Under the pieces are notes generated by a model. The model saw nothing but the letters and a program-made list of their open reading frames with translations, was not told where the DNA came from and searched no databases. A DNA stretch of 64,000 nucleotides, from assembly GCA_963829355.1 (NCBI GenBank), contig CAWHHZ010000013.1, positions 64,584 through 128,583 of the forward strand, given 5' to 3'. Position numbers and translations under genes: made by a program. This DNA comes from an uncultured Acidobacteriota bacterium (GTDB lineage Bacteria > Acidobacteriota > Thermoanaerobaculia > Gp7-AA8 > JAHWKK01). This document shows positions 36,768-44,995 of the stretch, piece after piece (the first letter of the stretch is position 1; every line of letters starts with the position of its first letter).

Positions 36768-37798
36768 TGGACCTGAACACGCTATGGTTTCTCCTTCTCG
36801 GTGTTTTGCTCGCCGGCTATGCGATCCTCGATGGATTCGACTTCGGTGTCGGAATCCTCGTCCCGATCGCGGAGACCGATCGCGAGAGAAGAATCTTCAT
36901 CAATTCGATCGGGCCGATCTGGGACGGTAACGAAGTCTGGCTGGTGACGTTCGGCGGGGCGATGTTCGCCGCGTTTCCCGAGCTGTACGCGACAGCCTTC
37001 TCCGGCTTTTACATCGCATTCATGCTCGTGCTGTTCGTGCTGATTCTCCGCGCGGTGTCGCTGGAGTTTCGAAGCAAGGCGAGCAGTGGCAAGTGGAGGA
37101 AGTTCTGGGACGGCGGCTTCTTTCTGGCGAGTCTGCTTGCCCCCGTGCTTTTCGGTGTTGCGATCGGGGCCATCATGGTCGGCGTTCCCGTCGATGCCCG
37201 TGGCGTCTATGCCGGCAACTTCTTCGACCTTCTGTTCCCGAGCCAGCTTCCGTTCTTTCCGGTCCTCGTCGGAGCCCTCTCCACAGCCCTGTTCACGATG
37301 CACGGCGCGATCTATCTCTATCTCAAGACTGAAGGAGATCTGCAGCAGAGAGTTCGCCGATGGATGTGGCACGGGTTCGGGACGTTTCTCGTCCTCTATC
37401 TGGCGACGACGATCGTCACGCTCGTCGCGATCCCCCACACCCTCGACAACTTCAAGTCATTCCCGTGGGCATGGGTCGTCGTCATCTTGTCGATTCTCGC
37501 AATCGGCAACATCCCGCGCTCGATCTTCCAACGGCAGGCTGGGCTCGCGTTCGCGTCATCGGCCCTGCTGATCATCTGCCTCGTCGGGCTGGTCGGTATC
37601 GCGCTGTACCCCGATCTTCTGATCTCGAGCATCGCACCGCAAAACAGCCTCACGATCTACAACGCGGCGTCCTCGCAAAAGACTCTCGGGATCATGGCTC
37701 TCATCGCGGGACTCGGGATGCCATTCGTCGTGACCTACACGGTCATCATCTACTGGACGTTCCGCGGGAAAGTGCAACTGGGCGATCACAGCTACTGA
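36764..37798 (+). CDS. cydB: Cytochrome bd ubiquinol oxidase subunit II
   Basis: 344 aa; GAGGAG RBS; [32 protein letters not shown]. Confidence 0.93.
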   Translation: MMDLNTLWFLLLGVLLAGYAILDGFDFGVGILVPIAETDRERRIFINSIGPIWDGNEVWLVTFGGAMFAAFPELYATAFSGFYIAFMLVLFVLILRAVSLEFRSKASSGKWRKFWDGGFFLASLLAPVLFGVAIGAIMVGVPVDARGVYAGNFFDLLFPSQLPFFPVLVGALSTALFTMHGAIYLYLKTEGDLQQRVRRWMWHGFGTFLVLYLATTIVTLVAIPHTLDNFKSFPWAWVVVILSILAIGNIPRSIFQRQAGLAFASSALLIICLVGLVGIALYPDLLISSIAPQNSLTIYNAASSQKTLGIMALIAGLGMPFVVTYTVIIYWTFRGKVQLGDHSY

Positions 37799-37994
37799 GT
37801 CAGTCGACAGTCCACAGTCGTCAGTCAGTCACAGGTCCCAGACTTCTGCGTCGTTTCACCTGAGAAAGGGAAGTTACTTCAGTCGCTCCAGCAACCGACA
37901 TCAATCATCCAACTCGTCTCCTGAGCCAGAAGGTCCCCGGAGCCGCTCCCGACGAGGATTGCGAGGCACCAGATGTGCCGGACGAGTCCTCTAC

Positions 37995-39645
37995 TCAATC
38001 GTCATTTTTTCCCGGCGTCGAGACTGGTCGCTCCCGGCGGGACTGCCCCTCGTAAATTCGGCGAACCTCGTCGACGGTGGAGATCTCGCTGATCTCCTTG
38101 TCGTCACGGATTCGCACGATTCTCGGGAAGCGCAAAGCATAACCGGACTTATGCCGCTTCGACTCCTGAATTCTGTCGAACGCGATCTCAACCACCAGGA
38201 AGGGCTCGACGAGGTGGACAGGTCCGTGGCGCTCTCTCGTTCTCCCGCGGAAGAGCTCAGTAGTCTCGGCGATCTCCCGGTCGGTGAGGCCTGAGTACGC
38301 CTTGCCAATGTTGACGAGCTCGTCATCACGCCGGACGGCAAAGGTGAGGTCGGAGAGAAGATCGCGCCGCTTTCCGTGACCTCTCTCCGCAGCCGTGACG
38401 ACACAATCGAGAGTGGCGAGCGCCTTCTTGTACTTCAACCAGGCTTTGCCGCGACGTCCTGGAGTGTAGAGCGATTTCGGGTCCTTCACGACCAGACCTT
38501 CATTGGCGCGCGCTCTCGCCTCCTCGAATGCCTGTTCGACTTCCTCCGCGCTCCTCACCGCGATCTGGCGGCTGAACAGGATCTTGTCACTGGCGCCGTC
38601 GAGAACCGCGCGAAGCCGATCGAGGCGCCGCGTGAGCGGTTCGTCGATCAGGGGCTCATCGGCGTAAAGCAGGTCGAATGCGAAGAACCTCACCGGAGAA
38701 GAGCTCAGAATTTCGTCGCTGAGGCGCTTACGGCCGAGACGCTTCTGCAGGGTTGCGAACGGCAGGACGTGGTCGTCGAACGCCACGATCTCGCCGTCGA
38801 TGATGACTGGCGTGTCGAGTGTCATGGCCGCATCGACGAGCTCCGGAAATCTCTCCCCTACCGGATCCATCGTCCGGGAGAAGATGCTCACTCGCTTTCC
38901 GTCCGTGTGAATCTGCGCGCGGATGCCGTCGTACTTGTCGTCGGCGAGTGCGCCAGCCCCCAGGTGATCAACGATCGACTGCGGGTCCTCGTCGGGCTGG
39001 GCCAGCATCAGTCCGATCGGGTGGAAGAGCCGGATCGAAGCTTCGTCGAGAGAGTCTGCCCGAGCGAGCAGGGCGACGGTACCGAGATCGTTGGTGAGCA
39101 TCATGGCCCGTCGGACGCTGGAGAGCTTCTGCCCGAACGCACGTCGTATCGCTCCTTCGACCAGACCGCTCGCCAGTCCGATCCGGAGCTCGCCAAGCAG
39201 GATCTTTGCAACATACTTCCCCTCGGATGGGGAGCAGCGCGACAGAAGCCGGGAAAGTGCTGTCGTCTTCGCGGTCTTGCCGGCTGTTTCGGCGAGACGA
39301 TCAAACGCGTCGGCAACTTCGAGAACAGTCAGAGGCTGACCGTCCGTGTGTATCAGAGCTTCTTCGACGGCATCGCCGACGTCTCCGAGCCTGCGGGCGC
39401 GGGTGGCGATGGCGGAGCGGTCAGAGCCTGTGACAGCGGCAACCGCGTCGATGATCGACGACCAGCCAACACCCGTGACGCGCTCGTCTCGCAACGCAAA
39501 CGCGTTCCCGGTAAAGAACAGTGTCGCTCTCTCGAGAGACGGGTCGTCGAGAGGCGCGAGATAGTCGGCGAGAATCTGTTCCTTCTCCGTCTTGCCTGTG
39601 GTGGCGCCGATGGCGTCGGCGGTGGCAGCAAAGTCGGAGAACATG
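37995..39645 (-). CDS. ATP-dependent DNA ligase (three-domain DBD-adenylation-OB, LigB/Lig I-like), about 550 aa; the long ORF-track N-terminal extension is rejected
   Basis: Motif I KYDGIRAQIH (adenylation Lys), EGLVVKDPKSLYTPGRRGKAWLKYK. Start taken at MFSDFAATADAIGATTGKTEKEQILADYL; the 884 aa ORF would overlap mdh. Confidence 0.85.
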
Positions 39646-39773
39646 GCGGGATGACGAGCGAAAAGGTTGCCAGCAGGCGTTGTACAGACAGGTGTGACGA
39701 GTCGCCCTGAACACGATGTTCGGGAACGTATATGATCCTCAATCGAACCGTAAACTGAAATGGAGTCAGAAAA

Positions 39774-40700
39774 ATGAGAAAAGTCACAGTCGTCGGCGCC
39801 GGAAATGTCGGAGCCACCCTCGCGCAGAGAATTGCGGAGAAAGAGCTCGCAAACGTAGTCCTCGTCGACATCGTTGAAGGAACACCGCAGGGCAAGGCGC
39901 TCGACATGCTCGAATCCGCGCCGGTCGAAAAGTTCGACGCACGGATTACCGGCGCGAACGGATATGACGATACGGCCGGGTCCGATGTCGTCATCATTAC
40001 AGCGGGTCTGCCGAGGAAGCCGGGGATGAGCCGCGATGATCTCCTGTGGAAGAACGAGGAGATCGTGGCGAGCGTGACGAAGGAGATCGTCAGCCGCTCT
40101 CCCGATACGATCCTGATCATCGTTTCGAACCCGCTCGACGCAATGTGCGAAGTCGCCCGGCGCGTTTCCGGTTTCCCGCGTGAACGAGTTCTCGGCATGG
40201 CCGGAGTTCTCGACTCCGCGAGAATGCGCGCGTTCATCTCGATGGAGCTCGACGTTTCGGTCGAGAATACACATGCATTCGTGCTCGGTGGCCACGGCGA
40301 CACCATGGTGCCGCTGCCGCGTTACTCGACCGTCGCCGGAATCCCGATCACCGAGCTCATCTCCGCAGAGCGGATTGAGGAGATTGTCGACCGTACCCGG
40401 AAAGGTGGCGCGGAGATCGTCAACCTGCTCGGAACCTCCGCGTGGTACGCACCGTCGTCGGCAGCATGGGAGATGGTCGACGCCATCCTCAAGGACAAGA
40501 AGAAGATCCTTCCCTGCGCCGCTCTGCTTCAGGGCGAGTACGGGTATCAGGATATCTTCGTCGGAGTTCCGGTGAAGCTCGGTGCAAAGGGCATGGAAAA
40601 GATCATCGAGATCGAGCTCAACGACGACGAGAAGAAGGCTCTCGACCACTCGGCGAGTGCAGTGAAAGAGCTCGTCGAGCTGCTCAAGACCGCGAAGTAG
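39774..40700 (+). CDS. mdh: Malate dehydrogenase (LDH-like MDH family)
   Basis: 308 aa; [16 protein letters not shown] Rossmann fold, substrate Arg residues, [16 protein letters not shown]. Confidence 0.93.
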   Translation: MRKVTVVGAGNVGATLAQRIAEKELANVVLVDIVEGTPQGKALDMLESAPVEKFDARITGANGYDDTAGSDVVIITAGLPRKPGMSRDDLLWKNEEIVASVTKEIVSRSPDTILIIVSNPLDAMCEVARRVSGFPRERVLGMAGVLDSARMRAFISMELDVSVENTHAFVLGGHGDTMVPLPRYSTVAGIPITELISAERIEEIVDRTRKGGAEIVNLLGTSAWYAPSSAAWEMVDAILKDKKKILPCAALLQGEYGYQDIFVGVPVKLGAKGMEKIIEIELNDDEKKALDHSASAVKELVELLKTAK

Positions 40701-40711
40701 TAACTCGAGCT

Positions 40712-40736
40712 GTCCCCGGGCGGATCGCCCGGGGAC
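40712..40736 (+). terminator. Perfect 11 bp GC hairpin (gtccccgggcg-gat-cgcccggggac) 12 nt after the mdh stop; no U-tract
   Basis: Read directly; possible T-tract-less intrinsic terminator or RNA-stabilising hairpin. Confidence 0.35.
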
Positions 40737-40813
40737 GCTTGGCTCGGCGCAGGTGGGTGTCAGCCTGAGCCTTTGACGACGCGGCGAGTCGATGGTGGTG
40801 AAAGAAGCGGGTC

Positions 40814-40950
40814 GTCATCCTAATCCTGAGCGCAGCGAAGGATCGCGTACGTCCTGACTCGACTGTCAACTGCGCAGGAACGCCGGGCGAGTATGACTCC
40901 ACGCGATCCTTCGACCGTCCTTCGCTGCGCTCCGGCGGCTCAGGATGACA
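40814..40950. repeat. Family-A palindromic element (centre inverted relative to the copies at 10058 and 35073)
   Basis: gtcatcctaatcctgagcgcagcgaaggatcgcgtacg ... cgcgatccttcgaccgtccttcgctgcgctccggcggctcaggatgaca; the centre contains gagtatgact (reverse complement of agtcatactc). Confidence 0.8.
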
Positions 40951-41017
40951 CTCTGTCGGCGCTTTATCGCTCCCCGGAACTTCATGCGCCTTCCCGCTGT
41001 TATCATTCACCGGTCCG

Positions 41018-41971
41018 ATGAAACGACTCGTCATTGATATCGAAACCGTGGGAACTCCCTGGGAGGAGCACGACCCGTACGTCCGCGAGTACCTGATCAA
41101 GGGGATGAACGAGGCGGAAGCCGAGGAAGAGAAGCGGCGCGGTGCCCTCTCTCCATTCGTTGGCCGCATCGTCGTGATCGGTGTGATGAATGTCGACGAC
41201 GGAAGGACCGCAGCGTTCTACGAGGTCCCCGGGAAGCCGCACCTCGAGACGCGCCGTGAAGGCGACCGCACCTATATCTCCGGAAGCGAAAAAGTCATCC
41301 TCGAGAAGTTCTGGGAGCTGTTCGATCCGGACGATCGATTCATCACGTTTAACGGGCGGCAGTTCGATGGCCCGTTTCTGATGATCCGTTCGGCGGTTCA
41401 TCAGGTTGCGCCGAGACGCGATCTGGTCGGAAAGCGTTACGACTTCCATCCGAACTGCGATCTGCGTGAGGCTCTCAACTTCATGGGGACGATGTATTCG
41501 CGGCAGATGAGATTCAACCTGGATCTGGCGTGCAAGTCTTTCGGAATCGAGAGCTCGAAGAGCGACTCGATCGACGGCCGGGCGGTCGAAACGATGTATC
41601 GCGCCGGCAAGTATCGTGAGATCGCCGACTACTGCCTCGAGGACGTCAGGGCGACCGCGGAGTTGTACGAAAAATTGCGCGGCACTCTTCTCTGCTGGAA
41701 CGGCGCATTCGAACGCTCCGAGAATCTCGACATGGCTCGGCGTCGAAGCTCCGAGAGATCGCGCGATCGACGCAACCTCCCTTCAGAGGAGGCCTTCATT
41801 CGATCGGTCGAAGAGACCTCGGCGGGGCTTGCGGAGTCGATGGAATCGTCCGATCACGATGATGGGCGTGAAGATCGGTCGATCCAGGAGCGCCAGCAGG
41901 CGAAAGTCTTCTCCAAGCTCGTTCGTGAAGAGGACGACGAAGATTCGATTCCCGAGGTCGAGACCCCGTAG
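41018..41971 (+). CDS. Predicted 3'-5' exonuclease, RNase H-like fold related to the PolB exonuclease domain (DNA_pol_B_exo2-like), with an acidic disordered C-terminus
   Basis: Exo I VIDIETVG, Exo II FNGRQFDGPFL, Exo III YCLEDVRATAELY. The C-terminal ~100 aa is Arg/Glu/Asp/Ser-rich. Confidence 0.65.
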   Translation: MKRLVIDIETVGTPWEEHDPYVREYLIKGMNEAEAEEEKRRGALSPFVGRIVVIGVMNVDDGRTAAFYEVPGKPHLETRREGDRTYISGSEKVILEKFWELFDPDDRFITFNGRQFDGPFLMIRSAVHQVAPRRDLVGKRYDFHPNCDLREALNFMGTMYSRQMRFNLDLACKSFGIESSKSDSIDGRAVETMYRAGKYREIADYCLEDVRATAELYEKLRGTLLCWNGAFERSENLDMARRRSSERSRDRRNLPSEEAFIRSVEETSAGLAESMESSDHDDGREDRSIQERQQAKVFSKLVREEDDEDSIPEVETP

Positions 41972-41983
41972 AGGGGCGCAGGG

Positions 41984-43279
41984 ATGAGACTCGTACGTGG
42001 TCGTATCTTCACGCCCGTCAATGATCCGTTCACGACCGATCTGTCGAGCAGCTATCGCTATATCGAGGACGGCTATCTGGCGATCGAGGATTCGAAGATC
42101 GCAGCGATCGGCGCGTGGGAGGATCGGCCTGAAGCAGACGACTTCGTCGATCTCTCGGGCGACTACCTGATCACGCCCGGCTTCGTCGATACGCATTTGC
42201 ATGCCCCCCAGCTCGAGATGATCGGATCGTATGGAGGGCATCTGCTCGAGTGGCTGAACCGGTACACGTTTCCGACCGAAATGCGGTTCTCCGACCCCGC
42301 ACATGCGCGGCGGGTGGCGAAGCTCCTGTACGACCAGCTTCTGCGGAACGGAACCACGACCGCAATGATCTTCTCAACCATTCATGAGCACGCGACGCAT
42401 GCATTCTTCGAAGCGGCAGCGGAGATCGGGTTCCGGGCGATCATCGGCAAGACGATGATGGATCGGAACGCTCCGGAGGCGCTTCTGGAGACGCCTCGCG
42501 ATTCATACGACGCAAGCCGGCGGCTCCTGGTCCGATGGCACGGAGCCGGAGACGGTCTGCTTGGCTACGCGGTGACCCCGCGCTTCGGTCCGACCTCCAC
42601 CAACGAGCTCCTCGAGATGGCAGGTCAGCTCGTCGGGGAGTTTCCCGATGTCTGGGTACAGTCACACGTCTCCGAGAACAAGGCGGAACTGAAGTGGGTC
42701 GCAGAGCTGTTTCCCGAGGCTGCGAACTACGTTGATGTGTACAACCGCGCCGGACTCCTGACCCGGCGGACTGTTCTCGCGCACGGCGTTCATCTCACGG
42801 CTGACGAGCGGACGGTTCTCGGCCAGCGAGGGACGTCGATCTCCCATTGCCCGAACTCGAATCTGTTTCTCGGAAGTGGGCTCTTCCCCATGAGCGAAAT
42901 CGTCGAGGCTGGCATCACCTTCGGCCTCGGCAGCGACATCGGTGCGGGGACGAGCCCGTCGATCGTCAGCGGTATGGCGGATGCGTACAAGGTTCAACAG
43001 GTTCTCAACGTCTCGCTCTCCCCATTTCATCTCTGGTACCTCGCGACACTCGGCGGGGCGAAGGCTCTCTCTCTCGATGGTCTGACCGGGAGTCTGGAGC
43101 CAGGAAAGGAAGCTGATTTCGTCGCACTCGATACCCACTCGACCCCGCTACTCTCGCTCCGCACACGGAATGCGGAGAGCCTCGAGGACCTGCTTTCCGG
43201 GTGCATATTCATCGGCGACGATCGCCTCGTCGCGAGGGTGTGGATCCGTGGCCGCGAGGTCTGGTCACGTTCGGCGTGA
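41984..43279 (+). CDS. guaD: Guanine deaminase (amidohydrolase superfamily)
   Basis: 431 aa; metal-binding FVDTHLHAPQ, HGVHL, GLGSDIGAG motifs. Confidence 0.85.
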   Translation: MRLVRGRIFTPVNDPFTTDLSSSYRYIEDGYLAIEDSKIAAIGAWEDRPEADDFVDLSGDYLITPGFVDTHLHAPQLEMIGSYGGHLLEWLNRYTFPTEMRFSDPAHARRVAKLLYDQLLRNGTTTAMIFSTIHEHATHAFFEAAAEIGFRAIIGKTMMDRNAPEALLETPRDSYDASRRLLVRWHGAGDGLLGYAVTPRFGPTSTNELLEMAGQLVGEFPDVWVQSHVSENKAELKWVAELFPEAANYVDVYNRAGLLTRRTVLAHGVHLTADERTVLGQRGTSISHCPNSNLFLGSGLFPMSEIVEAGITFGLGSDIGAGTSPSIVSGMADAYKVQQVLNVSLSPFHLWYLATLGGAKALSLDGLTGSLEPGKEADFVALDTHSTPLLSLRTRNAESLEDLLSGCIFIGDDRLVARVWIRGREVWSRSA

Positions 43280-43378
43280 GCGCGGTTATTCAAAATAATT
43301 TTGGAATGAAACCACCCCGAATCCAGTTCTCGTAAGTACTTACAATAACCATTTGCTCGAGAACGGAAAGGTGGTCGG

Positions 43379-43732
43379 ATGTCTGGAAGAGAGCCCGCTA
43401 ACGTGGAACTTGTCCCTGGTGCAGGTGGCCCGGAGACTGCCCCTCCTTCCGTCCGGATCAACGCCGGCAACGTCATCCGCAGCGCCCGTCTGCGTGCGGA
43501 CCTGTCCGACCTCTTCGACCTTTCGATCCTGCTCGCCATCAACCTGATGTTCATGGCGTGGGATACGGCCCACATCCCCTTTGTGTCACGCGACGCGTCG
43601 ATGGCGATTCTGCTTTCGGCGAATGCTCTCTACGTGGTCGACTGGCTCGTGACGCGATACGTGCCGCAGTGGCGCGCCCGCAGGGTCGCCTCGACCTGGA
43701 GCCAGGACGAACGCTCCCGCGCCCGTCTCTGA
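43379..43732 (+). CDS. Hypothetical small membrane protein (2 predicted TM helices)
   Basis: ATG preceded by AAGGTGG; hydrophobic segments LSILLAINLMFMAW and MAILLSANALYVVDWLV; an AT-rich promoter-like region lies upstream (TACAAT at 43341). Confidence 0.5.
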   Translation: MSGREPANVELVPGAGGPETAPPSVRINAGNVIRSARLRADLSDLFDLSILLAINLMFMAWDTAHIPFVSRDASMAILLSANALYVVDWLVTRYVPQWRARRVASTWSQDERSRARL

Positions 43733-43746
43733 AGACTTCCGCCACC

Positions 43747-43991
43747 TGTCATCCTGAGCGCCTAGCGAAGGATCGCGTACGGCATGACTCGACCGAACTT
43801 CAGGCGAGCATAACTCCACGAGCTCTTTCGACCGCTGCGCTCCGGCGGCCTCCAGGAAACTCGCTGAGACTGTGCGGTTCGGCGATCCCTGTCATTCCGA
43901 AGGAGCGGCCTCATCGCGACTGCGGAATCCCGTGGGCGGACCTGCGTCACACCGCCCAGATTCCTCCTCGCTTCGCTCGTCGGAATGACAG
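43747..43991. repeat. Composite repeat: family-A element (43747-43860, degenerate right end) abutting a complete family-B element (43889-43991, TIR CTGTCATTCCGA/TCGGAATGACAG)
   Basis: Read directly; the same A+B juxtaposition recurs at 55805-56131. Confidence 0.85.
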
Positions 43992-44081
43992 ACCCGTTTC
44001 TGTCTCTCAGGCGCGTTGCACCGCGACGTCCCACGGCTCAGGATCCCATGGAGCCCCCAACGGTGTCGTATGATCCCTTTC

Positions 44082-44846
44082 ATGGCGGACGACATACGCG
44101 GCTACCTCACCCATGCTCTGCGAATCGTCGACGAAACGGGAGACTGGATCCGGGAGAGGACCAGATCGAGCTTTACCGTCAATCGCAAGGCCGATGACTC
44201 GTTCGTCACCGAGATCGACCTCGAGGTCGAGCGGAGAATCCGGCAAGCGATCACAGACCGCTGGCCCGACCACGCGGTCCTCGGCGAAGAGGACGGCATC
44301 ACCGCCGGCGCCGGTGAATTTCGATGGATCATCGACCCGATCGACGGCACCATGAGCCTTCGCTCCGGCATCCCGCTGTACGGAACAATTGTTTCGCTTT
44401 ACCACCGCGATGCCCCCCTCATCGGAATCATTCAGCTTCCCGCTCTGAATCGCTGTTACTGGGCCGGTGCGGGAATCGGCACGTTCTGCAATGGTGAGCA
44501 GCTCCGGATAACCGATTCCCCCGATCCACTCGCTGAGGTCATTGCGGTCGGTGATCGATCGCAGTTCGTCCGCGCGGATCTGGAGAGAGAGCTCGATTTG
44601 CTCATGACCTCTCATCCGTGGGTACGTACTTATCCCGATTGTTTCGGTCATGCTCTCGCGGCGGAAGGATCCGCAGGCGCCATGTTCGACGTTGATCTGA
44701 AGGAATGGGACGTCTCCGCCACCCGGCTGCTCATCGAGGAAGCAGGCGGACGATTCGAGCGACTGAAGAGCAAGCGCCCGGACCGCTGGAACGTCGTGTT
44801 CGGGAAGCCCGCCGTGGTCGACTGGATCAGGCAGAAGATCGACTGA
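44082..44846 (+). CDS. Inositol monophosphatase family protein (IMPase/SuhB/HisN-like); start taken at MADDIRGYL
   Basis: Metal-binding motifs EEDG, WIIDPIDGT, and WDVSA in the C-terminal region; the ORF track start TTG at 44016 lies inside the repeat. Confidence 0.8.
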   Translation: MADDIRGYLTHALRIVDETGDWIRERTRSSFTVNRKADDSFVTEIDLEVERRIRQAITDRWPDHAVLGEEDGITAGAGEFRWIIDPIDGTMSLRSGIPLYGTIVSLYHRDAPLIGIIQLPALNRCYWAGAGIGTFCNGEQLRITDSPDPLAEVIAVGDRSQFVRADLERELDLLMTSHPWVRTYPDCFGHALAAEGSAGAMFDVDLKEWDVSATRLLIEEAGGRFERLKSKRPDRWNVVFGKPAVVDWIRQKID

Positions 44847-44855
44847 AAGGAGTCG

Positions 44856-44977
44856 TGAATACGAACCTGATCTATGAGCGACATGGGGATGAGCTGTGGG
44901 TCATCCTGGAGAAATTCGTTGACGGGGAGTGGGAGCGAACGCCTTTCGCATACCGGCGCGCGAAGCCTGCAGAGTGA
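44856..44977 (+). CDS. Small hypothetical protein (40 aa) VNTNLIYERHGDELWVILEKFVDGEWERTPFAYRRAKPAE
   Basis: GTG start 4 nt after a strong AAGGAG; below the ORF-track length cutoff (visible as the tail of ORF 44705-44977). Confidence 0.45.
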
Positions 44978-44995
44978 AATGAGCCCTTCCGGGGC

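Noticed and set aside
37995-40649. 884-aa version of the DNA ligase ORF
   Set aside because: The N-terminal ~334 aa is unconserved Arg/Asp-rich read-through that would overlap mdh on the opposite strand. The ligase consensus starts at MFSDFAATAD (39645).
43280-43378. AT-rich stretch after guaD as a possible small RNA
   Set aside because: It is more simply the promoter and 5' UTR of the downstream membrane-protein gene (TACAAT at 43341, AAGGTGG RBS). No hairpin or terminator is present to define an sRNA.
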